A stretch of 64,000 nt of DNA, taken from assembly GCF_006345805.1 (NCBI RefSeq), contig NC_043001.1, positions 110,422,001 to 110,486,000 on the forward strand, given 5' to 3'. Below, piece after piece: positions 40,257 to 51,194 of the stretch. The notes beneath the pieces were generated by a model. It was given only the letters and a program-made list of their open reading frames with translations. It was not told the DNA's origin and did not search any database. The stretch comes from Octopus sinensis. Lineage: Eukaryota. How positions within the stretch are numbered: position 1 is the first letter of the stretch; every line of letters begins with the position of its first letter. The translations under genes and the position numbers were made by a program.

Positions 40257-40872
40257 ACATGGTTTTGAGTTCAGTCCCACTACGTGGTACCTTGGGTAAG
40301 TGTCTTCTGGTATAGCCACGGGCCAACCAAAGCCTTTTGAGTGGATTCGGTGGATGGAAACAGAAAGAAGCCTATGTAAATATGTTTGTGTGTGTGTGTT
40401 GTGTGTGTGTTTGTATTTGTATCCCCCCATCGCTTGACGACCGATGTTAGTGTGTTTAAGCCCCCATCAACTAGCGGCTCGGCGAAAGTGATCAAGTGAT
40501 TAAGTACTAAGCGGCGAGCTTAGTACTTATTAAGGCGGCTAGCTGGCAGAAACGTTTGGGTGCTGGGCGAAATGCTTAGCGGTATTTCGTCTGCCGCTAT
40601 GTTCTGAGTTCAAATTCCGCCGAGGTCGACTTTGCCCTTCATCCTTTTGGGGTCGATTAAATAAGTACCAGTTACGCACTGGGGTCGATATAAGTGACTT
40701 AATCCGTTTGTCTGTCCTTGTTTGTCCCCTCTGTGTTTAGCCCCTTGTGGGTAGTAAAGAAATAAGAATAAGTAGTAAGCTTACAAATAATAAGTCCTGT
40801 GTTCGATTTGTTCAACTAAAGCCGGTGCAACAGCATGACCGCAGTCAAATTACTGAAACAAGCAAAAGAATA
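40257..40872 (+). mobile_element. SINE family B interrupted by a family A SINE
   Basis: Host B sequence 40257-40512 resumes at about 40765; approximate TSD taagta(c/g)taagc. Confidence 0.85.
40533..40763 (+). mobile_element. SINE family A monomer (tail A), nested in family B
   Basis: Complete, low-divergence copy. Confidence 0.92.
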
Positions 40873-41039
40873 GAAGCTGGTAATTCTAGGAGTAATTTCA
40901 ATATTTGTGATGTTCATGTTGAAAATAGCGATAATAAGAATTCGTTGCAAAAACATCGATGTTGAATCGAATTGTCAGTAGACTTGCCATGATTAATAGC
41001 AGTAGAAGCAGCGCTGGTTTATGTTTATGATTTTTATTA

Positions 41040-42135
41040 CTCTGCTGGTGGTGGTGGCGGCTGTGGTGGTGATGGTGTTGGTGGTGGTGGTGAAGATTTT
41101 GATGATGGTTTCGCTTCTTGTTGCGTTGGAGCAGTGCTGATGGTAGTGCTGGTGGCGGTGGCAGTGGTGGTGGTAGCGGTGGTGGTCATGGTTATGGCGG
41201 TGGCGGCGCTGGTAATGGTTATGGCGTGGCGGCGGTGGTGGTGATGTTTATGGCGGTGGCGGCGGCGGTGGTGATGGCTTGTGGTGGTGGTGGTGGTGAT
41301 GGCGGCGGCGGCGGTGGTGATGTTTATGGCGGTGGCGGTAGTGGTGGTTGTAGTGGAGGAGGGGGCAAATGCCTTCATAGGTTGTAGATTTATGGCTGCC
41401 GTTAGATTTGCTCGCCGTAGTGGTTGAGGTTGTAGTTACAGTGGTGGTGGAAGTACTTCTAACAACGCTGGCAGTGACGGTAGAGGTAGTAGTAATAGCG
41501 ATGGTAACGGCGTGAATGGCTGCGGGTGAAGCTCTTATAATTGTAACGATAAAGAGTGGTAGTGTAAACAATAACAGTAGCAGTGGTAGTACAGCCTGTG
41601 TGAATGGCAGTGGTTCTGGTTGTAGTAGTCATGGTGGTGTGACTGTATGAATGGTTGTGGTTCATGCTATAGTCTTTGTTTTCGATGTGTTTGTCACTAT
41701 GTCAGTTTTGAGGACAATAGTAGTACCGGTGGTAGACGTGATTGTGTGAATGGTTGTAGTTCAGGCTGTGGTAGTTGTAGTGGTGGTAGGGACTGTGCGA
41801 ACGTTTGTTGTTTAGTCTATAGTTGTTGTTGTTGTTGTTGTTTTAGAAGTGGTTGTGTTTATGTCAGGAGCAGCAGCAGCTGCAGTAGTACCTGTTGTAG
41901 TAGTAGTAGTAGTAGTAGTAGTAATGTTTGCGGTGAGGGTAGTAGTGGTAGTAGTAATGTTCGGGGTGAGGGTAGTAGTAGTAGTAGCGGCAGTGGCAGT
42001 AGTAGTAGCAGCGATAGTAGTAGCTGCAGTTCAGGCTGTAGTATTGAAAGTGGTGGTAGTGTTGGTAGAATTGGTAGTGTTGGTAGAGGTGGAAGTGGTG
42101 GTAGTGGTGGTGGTGGTGGTGGTAGTGGTGGTGGT
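41040..42135. repeat. Degenerate (GTG/GGC/GTA)n low-complexity tract
   Basis: Seen directly. Confidence 0.8.
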
Positions 42136-42451
42136 TGAGACAGTACTGACAGTAATTATAAACTGTTCCAATATGAGAACGGGGCCAAAAATTGCAGAGG
42201 AGGGGTTTTTAATTGTTTGAGGGGGTTCTAACAATAAATTTTATCAAGGCCCGTGAAGATAAAGCGCAAAGATTACCCTGGCAAGATTTGAACCCAGGGC
42301 GTAAAAAGCTAGAACAAACACTGCAACTTATTTATTCAGATGCTCTACCAATTCGGCCAACGCAATACTTTTAATAGTAGTCATAACGAAAAGCGTTCCA
42401 GGTGTGACAATCGTTCCTTTTTAAATATCTATATCCTTTTTTTTTTTCGTA

Positions 42452-42635
42452 TTTTACTTGTTTCAGTCACTTCACTGAGGCCATGCTGGGTTTTAATTAA
42501 ACAAATCGACCCTAGGACATTTTTCAAAAACCTAGTGCTTATTCTATCATTCCCTTATGCTGAACTGCTAGGTTACGGGTCAAAAACACATTAAAACCTG
42601 TTGTCAAGCGGCGCTGGGTAACAAACACGAACACA
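42452..42635 (-). mobile_element. SINE family B, 3' half
   Basis: ttttacttgtttcagtca..caaatcgaccctaggac..gttgtcaagcg. Confidence 0.7.
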
Positions 42636-42821
42636 CACACACACCATTATTATTTAAAGGACGCCATACAGGTATTTAAGTGCTACCAATAGTTTCATAC
42701 GTTCAGGAATGTCTAAAACATATTTATCAGGCATAAACCACATATAACTAATAACTATTAGTAGCACTTTAATACATGTATTGCGTCCTTTAGTTAAATG
42801 ATATTTATCTTTCACCGAGGC

Positions 42822-43148
42822 GATCAGCTGGCACAGACGTTTGCACGCCGGGCAAAATGTTTTGGGATCGATGTAATCGACTTAATCCGTTTGTCTGTCT
42901 TTGTTTGTCCTCTCTATGTTTAGCCCCTTGTGAGCAATAAAGAAATAAGAAACGTTTGCGCGCCGGGCGAAATCTGTAGCGATATTTCGTCTGTCTTTAT
43001 GTTCTGAGTTCAAATTCCGCCGAGGTCGACTTTGCATTTCATCCTTTCGGGGTCGATAAATTAAGTACCAGATGCGTACTGGATTCGCTCTAATCAACTA
43101 GTTCCGTCCCCATAATTTTGGGGCCTCGTGCTAGAGCAGAGAAGGATA
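42822..43148 (+). mobile_element. SINE family A dimer (first unit internally deleted)
   Basis: Head, deletion, tail A, junction gaaata-agaaacg (about 42950), core, tail B. Confidence 0.85.
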
Positions 43149-43372
43149 TTTATCTCTCACCATGTGGAGTAATTATATATATACAATTGCAGCGTGGAAG
43201 GTATTTATAAGCCATTTAAGAAACACACAAAAACCGTTAGATCACTTCAATATTTAAATTTAATTTGCCATCCTCCACTCTGCAATTGTTTTCGCTCCAA
43301 CACACGATCTCAGATCAGGTCACTTGCTATGCAATTACATCTCCGTAATATATATATATATATACATATACA

Positions 43373-43537
43373 CATGACTGATTTATTTTAGTTGCCGCTC
43401 ACCAAATCCACTCACAAGGTTTGGTCGGCCCCAGGCTATGGTAAAGGACCCTTGCCCAAAGTGCCATGCAGTGGGACTGAACTCGGAACCATGTGTCTGG
43501 GAAGCAAACCTTTTACTACACAACCACGCTTGCGCCT
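43373..43537 (-). mobile_element. SINE family B, 5' half
   Basis: ccaaatccactcacaagg..cttgcccaaagtgccatgcagtgggactgaac. Confidence 0.75.
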
Positions 43538-43839
43538 ATCTCTGTTTTTACTATTCAACGCATACCTCCTTGTAATTAAAGGTGACAGTGAGACGACATG
43601 AGAGTAGATTGGCTGTTATTTTTAGCTTAAAAGCCAGCGTGGTGGTATTAGGGTTGAGCCAGCCAGTGGTAGTATTGGTTGCAGCAGCGTAAGTGGCAAA
43701 GGATGTAGTAGCAGGAGTTTCTGTGGCGGATTTTCCGACAAAGTACGTGTTTTATTTTCTCGATGATGCTAGAAGCTTCTAAGGCCGTCAATACGGCATC
43801 CTCATGTTATTAGTCGACTGGAGAAACTGGTGCTCACGG

Positions 43840-45230
43840 TTAGTAGTAGCAGTAGTAGTAGTAGTTGTGGTGGTGGTAGTAGTGGTTGTGGTGGTTGTTG
43901 TGTTGGTAGTAGTACTAGTGATGATAAGAGTATCAGTAGTAGTAGCAGCAGCTATAGTAATGGCGGTGGCGATGGTGGTTTTGTTAGTAGTAGTAGTAGT
44001 AGTGATGGTGGTTGTAATAGTAGTAGTAGTAGTAGTAGTAGTAATAGTAGTAGTAGTAGTAACAGCAGCAACAGCAGTAGTATTGGAGGTGGTGGTAGTA
44101 GTAGTAATGTTCGCGACGAAGATAGTAGTAGCGGTAGTAGTAGTAATGGTAGCAGCAGTAGTTGTAGTAGTAGCAATTATCGTAGTAGTAGTAGTAGTAG
44201 TAGTAGTAGAAGTTTTAGTAGTAGTAGAAGTAGTAGTAGTGGTAGTAGTAGTAGTAGTGGTAGTAGTAGTAGTAGTGGTAGTAGTATTAGTGGTGGTAGA
44301 AGTAGTAATAGTAGTAGTAGTGGTAGTAGTATGCTTTGTTTTGGAAGTGGTAGAGATGTAGGGGCGACGGTCTTATACTAATGACTTGTAGTAGTGGTGG
44401 TGTTGGTGGTAGTAGTAGTAGTAGTTGTAACCATACCCTTTGTGAAAGAAGTGGTAGTGACTGCGCTAGTATTCGTGGTCTAACATACTAATTATAGTAG
44501 CAGTAAGGGTATTAGTGGTGGCGGTGGTGCTGGTGTTGATGCTAACGTTTGTCGTTTGGTTAATATCGTATTGACGATAGTAACGTAACCAATCGCTGGT
44601 GTGGTGGTGGCGACGGTCGTAGTAGTGCTGGTTGTGGTTCTGATGGTAGTTGTAGCAACGCCGAAGTTGGTAGTTTTGGAATTGTGACGCCAAAGATATT
44701 TTAGTGGTTGTGATGGTGGTGGTGGTGGTGGTGGTAGATGTGGTGCTGGTTGAGGTGGTGCCGTTTGCAATAGTAGTGATGGTTGCGTTTGCAGTGGTAC
44801 TGGTGTTGGTGGTTAATGTGGTGGTGATCGCAGTGGTACGGGTGCTACTGTTTGAAGTGGTAGTATTTGCATTGGTAGTCCTGTCACTGGTTGAGTTGGT
44901 GTTTGGAGTGGTGGTGGTGGTGCTGGTTGACGTGATTGTGTTTGCAATGGTAGTTGTGGCGCTGGTTGAGGTGGTAGTGTTTTCAGTAGCAGTGGTGGCG
45001 TTTATAGTGGCAGTGGTGGTACTGGTTGAGGTGGTAGTGTTTTCAGTAGTAGTGGTGGAACTGGTTGAAGTGGTGGTGTTTATAGTGGCAGTGGTGGTAC
45101 TGCTTGACGTGGTGGTGTTTGCAGTGGTAGTGGTGGTGCTGGTTGAGGTGGTGCTGCTTGAAGCGGTAGTGTTGTCCGTATAGCTGGAGGTTGTTGTGAT
45201 AGTGGTATATATATTGTTGTTGTGGTTGTT
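43840..45230. repeat. (GTA/GTG)-rich low-complexity tract including a ~36-bp minisatellite (44940-45160)
   Basis: Unit approximately gtggtggtactggttgaggtggtagtgttttcagta. Confidence 0.8.
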
Positions 45231-45257
45231 GTAGTTACGATGGCGGGTGACTTAGTG

Positions 45258-45525
45258 CTTAGGTTATTCGGCTCAAGATCGTAATCGTAAGGTCGTGAGT
45301 TCGATTTCCGGCGACGCATTGTGACCTTAAACAAGACACTTCATATCACGTTACTTGTTTCTACTCTAAGTGGCAGAAATAAGTTGCACCTGTAATTCAA
45401 TGAGATCAGCCCGAAAGGATGAAAGGCAAAGTCGACCTCGGCGGAATTTGAACTCGGAACGTAACGGCAGAAGAAATACGGCTACGCATTTCGCCCGGCG
45501 TGCTAACACTTCTGCCAGCTCGCCA
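45258..45525. mobile_element. Family D SINE head (+, about 45258-45360) and family A head/core (-, 45405-45525)
   Basis: gtgagttcgatttcc..aacaagacacttcat, and the reverse complement of the family A head. Confidence 0.7.
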
Positions 45526-46011
45526 CTTTTCATTACTAATTGTATTAAAAATAACTCACTGTTAAATATATACAACTAATCCTACCGTCTATGATATGAG
45601 AATATGTTTTCTCCTATTCTAAATTTGAGTTTTTCTATTCTCTTGTCGCTTCGCTGCCATGTGGTTCCAGGTTCAGCCCCTACATTGAAGCTCATCGGGC
45701 AAGTGTCTTTTTCATAATAGTTTGTGAATGAATTTGGTAGATTGAAACAATGTGCAAGTCTGTACGACGAGGTGCTGCAAACTTCCTGTCTTTAAGGCTA
45801 CCACAAAAGGCCTAACTGGAGCACCAAACTTCCGAGTTCTCTTACGGTTCGCCGCCTTGTAAGGTAAGGTAAAATCGAAGGTGTATGAACATGAATCACA
45901 TCTGCTTATTCCAGTTATACAATGCAGCATGTAGTTGTATTTATGCGAGGTACATATTAGAGGTGAAAATTGGGGAAATATTGTTCGCAAAATTATAACG
46001 TATACATATAT

Positions 46012-46163
46012 AGGCGCACGCGTGGCTGTGTGGTAAGTAGCTTGCTTACGAACCACATGGTTCCGGGTTCAGTCCCACTGCGTGGCACCTTGGGCAAGTG
46101 TCTTCTACTATAGCCACATCCGACCAAAGCCTTATGAGTGGAGTTGGTAGACGGAAATTGAAA

Positions 46164-46207
<44 letters not shown>

Positions 46208-46208
46208 A

Positions 46209-46242
<34 letters not shown>

Positions 46243-46470
46243 TGTGCGTGTATGTGTTTGTGCTTCTGTGCTTGTACCCCCACCATCGCTTAACCACCGA
46301 TGTTGGTGTGTTTACGTTCCCGTAACTTAGCGGTTCGGCAAATGAAAACCGAGATAATAAGTACTAGGCTTACAAAGAATAAGTCCTGGAGTCAATTTGT
46401 TCGTCCCAAGGCAGTGCTCCGGCATGGTGACAGTGAAATGACTGAAACAAATAAGAGAATAAAAGAATAT
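46012..46470 (+). mobile_element. SINE family B, full length
   Basis: Head gtggctgtgtggtaagtagc, CORE-like segment, (TA)n, tail. Confidence 0.92.
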
Positions 46471-46530
46471 AACGAAACACAAAGTTGGAAAACATTTTGA
46501 TATTGTTTATTTCCTATTCTGTCTTGAGAA

Positions 46531-46900
46531 CTCCGTCGGTTACGACGACGAGGGTTCCGGTTGATCCGATCAACGAAACAGTCTGCTCGTGAGATTAACG
46601 TGTAAGTGGCTGAGCACTCCACAGACACGTGTACCCTTAACTTAGTTCTCGGGGATATTCAGCGTGACACAGAGAGTGACAAGGCCGGCCCTTTGAAATA
46701 CAGGTACAACAGAAAGTAAGAGTGAGAGAAAGTTGTAGTGAAAGAGTACAGCAGGGATCACCACCATCCCCTGCCGGAGCCTCGTGGAGCTTTTTAGGTG
46801 TTTTCGCTCAATAAACACTCACAACGCCCGGTCTGGGAATCGAAACCGCGATCCTACGACCGCGAGTTCGCTGCCCTAACCACTGGGCCATTGCGCCTCC
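46531..46900 (-). mobile_element. SINE family C (tRNA-derived head), full length
   Basis: rc ggaggcgcaatggcccagtggttagggcagcg..gtttcgattccc (A and B boxes); colinear with 55037-55403. Confidence 0.9.
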
Positions 46901-46974
46901 ACTTATTTCCTATTACATATATTTATTACATATGTTTATTGCATATATTTCATTTGCTAGCAGATAACGTGTAC

Positions 46975-47183
46975 TCTCTTTTACTCTTTTACTTGTTTCA
47001 GTCATTTGACTGTGGCCATGCTGAATCGAACCCAGGACTTATTCTTTGGGAGCCTAGTAGTTATTCAATGGGTCTAAGAACCGCTAGATTACGGGGACGT
47101 AAACACACCAGCATCTGTTCTCAAGCGATATTGGGGGGACAAACACAGACACACAATCATACATACACACACAAAACACACAT

Positions 47184-47232
<49 letters not shown>

Positions 47233-47400
47233 TACGACGGGCTTCTTTCAGTTTCCCTCTACCAAATCCACTCACAAATCTTTGATTGACCTGAGGCTAT
47301 AGTAGAAGACACTTGCCCAAGGTACTGCGCAGTGGGACTGAACCCGGAACCATGTGGTTCGTTAGCAAGCTACTTATCACTCAGCCACGCCTACGCCTAT
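46975..47400 (-). mobile_element. SINE family B, full length
   Basis: Reverse complement of the family B pattern. Confidence 0.9.
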
Positions 47401-48202
47401 GAGAAATTTCTCATTGGGAATTCTTTAGACAGAGAATCTGTGCTTTTATACGCTTCATAGCCAGTGTTGCTATGTGTGCTACTCACTAACTTAGCGGTTC
47501 AGCAACAAATATCAACAAAATAAATCTCAGAATTAAAAAAAAATATGTATTGGAGGCGATTTATTCGACTGAAACCTTTCATGATGGTGACCCGATAAAG
47601 CAGTTGTTCAGTAACTGAAACAATTGTGAAAAAGTGGTGACACATCATAGCTAATTCACTCACTAATCACATCTTGAATAACCAGGGATAGTGGTCAGTC
47701 TTCCTGTCATTTTTCCTTATTCTCTCATGAATGTAGTAGGTGGTTCAGATCAAGAACTCCAAGAAAATTTTGCAATGTGGTACAAAATTGCTCTCGGGTA
47801 ATCTCAGGGAGGAAACGAAGCCTCAAAATTTAACGGGATTCAAATCATTTAATACGCACGTTTCTGCTTTTTGTAATACATAACAGCAAATGCATCCATT
47901 ACGTAAACCTTATCAGAAGAAGTATTTAAAAAATTTGAAGAACTGGATTGAAGTATTTTAAAATGTTTCATATTTATTTGAGAATTGCGGGCCCTGAATC
48001 TGCAGAACAGGCTGAACACCCTTACTTCTTATAGACCTGATCTATACATAGTCAACTATAATTGTTGCTGTTGTGGCTCTTTGCAATGTCAGCTCCGGTT
48101 GAGTAACATCAATATATACTCAAAGGCGTTCAATCTTGAACTTCTCAAATTATTGTATGTTTCAAAAACAACATTGTCCAATATTATTCTTGTCTCTTTC
48201 AG

Positions 48203-48341
48203 GTGGTCGCTTGTAGTTTGAGGGATGTTCAGCTGCTATGGCAAGAATGTCGACAGACTACGTAGAAGAATCTTCTAGCGGAACCAGCAATGAAAGCGAG
48301 CAGAGGAAAATGGCTGCTCGCGTTACACTTGTAAAGTTTCA
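48203..48341 (+). CDS. Candidate first coding exon of an unidentified gene (ATG 48238; MARMSTDYVEESSSGTSNESEQRKMAARVTL[VKF])
   Basis: Acceptor ttcttgtctctttcag| at 48202, in-frame upstream TAG, good start context gctgctATGG, candidate donors gtaaag (48331) or gtaggt (48342). Non-repetitive sequence. No homology recognised. Confidence 0.4.
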
Positions 48342-48399
48342 GTAGGTTTAAAAAAACTAATAAAGAGGCGTTATTTTTTTTTCTTTACGTTTGTGGTGG

Positions 48400-48960
48400 C
48401 GTCATTGGTAGTTGTGGTAATGTAGTTGTGGATTTGAATTTTAAATGTTTTATGGTGACGACCACCACTATGACAGAGACAACAGTGCTGCTGCTGCTGA
48501 TGATGATGGTAATGATGATGATGAGATGACGACGTCGACAATGATTGTGATAATGATGATGACGATGATGGTAATGATGATGATGATGATGATGATGATG
48601 GTGATGACGACGACGATGATGGTGATGACGGCGTCGATGATGATGATGATGATAATGACAATGATGGTGATGATGACGATGATGATGATGATGATGATGA
48701 TGAAAGTTGTAATGGAAACGATGAGTGAAGTGATGAACAATGGTAATAGTAGTGGCGGTGGCGGTGGCGGTGGTGATGGTGATGGTATTGATGTTAGTCT
48801 GTCGGTGTCGGTAGCAGTGGCGCTGTTTATGGTGATGTTGATGACGAACTTGGATTTTATTTTAATAAACTATGGTGACGACGACGATAACGATGGTGAT
48901 GATGATGGCGAAAGTGGAGAGGAGTTGGAATTCCTAGAGTAAACGTAACAGCGATGGCTG
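48400..48960. repeat. (GAT/GAC/GTG)n low-complexity tract
   Basis: Seen directly. Confidence 0.85.
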
Positions 48961-49052
48961 TTGTAATGGGGGTGTTCCTAATACTGGTGGCGGCGGCAGT
49001 GGGAGCATTAGGTTTATTTTTTTTTATTCAAAGACGTTAACGATGATTTATA

Positions 49053-49273
49053 TTCTTTTATGCTTTTACTTGTTTCTGTCATTTTGACTGCGGCCATGTT
49101 GGAGCACCGCCTTTAGTCGAGCAAATCGACACCAGGACTTATTCTTTGTAAGGCTAGTACTTATTCTACCGGTCTCTTCTGCCGAACCGGTAAGTTAGGG
49201 CGACGTAAAGGCACCAGCATCGGTTTTTAAGCGATGTTGGGGGACACACACACAAACACACACACACACACAC

Positions 49274-49309
<36 letters not shown>

Positions 49310-49470
49310 ACGGGCTTCTTTCAGTTTCCCTCTACCAAATCCACTCACAAAGCTTCGGTTGGCCCGAGTCTATAATAGAAGACACTTGCCCAAGATGCCA
49401 CGCAGTGGGACTGAACCCGGAACCATGTGGTTTGTTAGCAAGCTACTTACCACGCAGTCAATCATGCGCC
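49053..49470 (-). mobile_element. SINE family B, full length
   Basis: Reverse complement of the family B pattern with internal (CA)(TA). Confidence 0.9.
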
Positions 49471-50039
49471 TATATTTATATATTTATTTAATTATTTTCT
49501 GCCTGTTGCTTTTTTTTCTTTTTTCTTTCGGTGTTGTGCCGGCATACTACATAGTAACAAGACGTGAAATAGAAGTCGGTGGCGGAGCCGACGATTTCGG
49601 CGGCAATATTGTTGCTTATACAACAACCGCTAGCACCAACACAGGCAGCTCGGAATCAAAAGCAAAACCAAGCAAACATAACAGTTAATAAATAAAGAAA
49701 ACAGCAAAAAAAAAAAAAAGAAAAGAAACATACTTTAGCTACTAAAATGAGTAGTAGGAGTACTGGCAGTTAGTTGTTTGTAGATGCGTCGCTGTTGATT
49801 TCGTACGTCTATCTCTTCGAGTTTTCATTGGTCTATAAAAAGTAAATTGATCGATTTTTCTCAATGGGAGAAATGTGGTCAGCATCAACGATTCGATTGA
49901 TGAATGAATAGAACTACAAAGAAATAAATAAATTAGTATGATCATAATAATATTCGTGTCTCGCTGGTTGGCTTACATAAATATTTATATGTGCGTTAAG
50001 TGTGTGTCTTCGTGTGCAAGTGTGCAAGTATGTGAGTGC

Positions 50040-50043
50040 CTGT

Positions 50044-50141
<98 letters not shown>

Positions 50142-50230
50142 GTCTATCTATCTTTCTATCAATCTATCTATCTTTCTATCAATCTGTCTATCTCTCTCTC
50201 TATCTATATGTGTGTTTATATATATGTATG

Positions 50231-50285
<55 letters not shown>

Positions 50286-50719
50286 ACACATATGTATATA
50301 TTATATATATATTTATATATACACACATATACACACAGTTATACATATAATTTGATATATATATATATATATATAAATACATACATATACATGTGTGTGT
50401 ATGTGTATTTGTGTGTGAATGAGTGTACATTTATATATATATGAGTTGTCTTGGTGGCTTGTTTGTGTGCTGGTTCGTTGGCTGGTTGGCTGGTATGTTC
50501 GGTTTATATAAGTTGACGGAATGACTGACTGACTGTCTGACTGAATGAATGAATGAATGCGTGAGTGAATGAATGAATGAATAAGACATGTGAATGGATA
50601 TTTCCTATGAATGAATTAAATGGACTTACAAACGACAAGGCGAGACTAGAGTAGCTTGATGCCATTTCAAACACAACATAAGCCATCTCTGGCTGAGGCT
50701 CGACAAATATATAACTTAA

Positions 50720-50789
<70 letters not shown>

Positions 50790-50827
50790 GCTAGCTAGCT
50801 AGCAATTGATTTGTCTATCAGTCTCTG

Positions 50828-50878
<51 letters not shown>

Positions 50879-50880
50879 CG
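50040..50880. repeat. (TCTA)n, (TA)n, (TGAA)n and (TCTA)n arrays
   Basis: Seen directly. Confidence 0.9.
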
Positions 50881-51002
50881 CCTAATTTTTTCCCGGTCCC
50901 TTTTGATCGGAATTTTACATTTGTTTCCTTTCTTTTCTTCTTGTTTTTCCATCTTGTATTAGTCCCCTCTGTGTCCAGCCCTGTGTGGCCAATAAAGAAA
51001 GT
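50881..51002 (+). mobile_element. Tx1-like 3' UTR fragment (diverged)
   Basis: cccttttgatcg..gtcccctctgtgtccagccctgtgtggccaataaagaaag matches 15121-15263. Preceded by (TCTA)n. Confidence 0.75.
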
Positions 51003-51194
51003 TATCCATATTACTTTCTTTCTTTCCATCGATTTATTTAGTGATCTATCTATTTATTTACCTCTCTATGAACCTTTGTAGGTGTGTATGTATGTATCTG
51101 ACTACACATCTTTCTATCTATCTCTCTCTCTATCTATCGATCTATCTACATGTCTGTTTACCTGTCCGTATGTATCTACCAATCTATCTATCTA

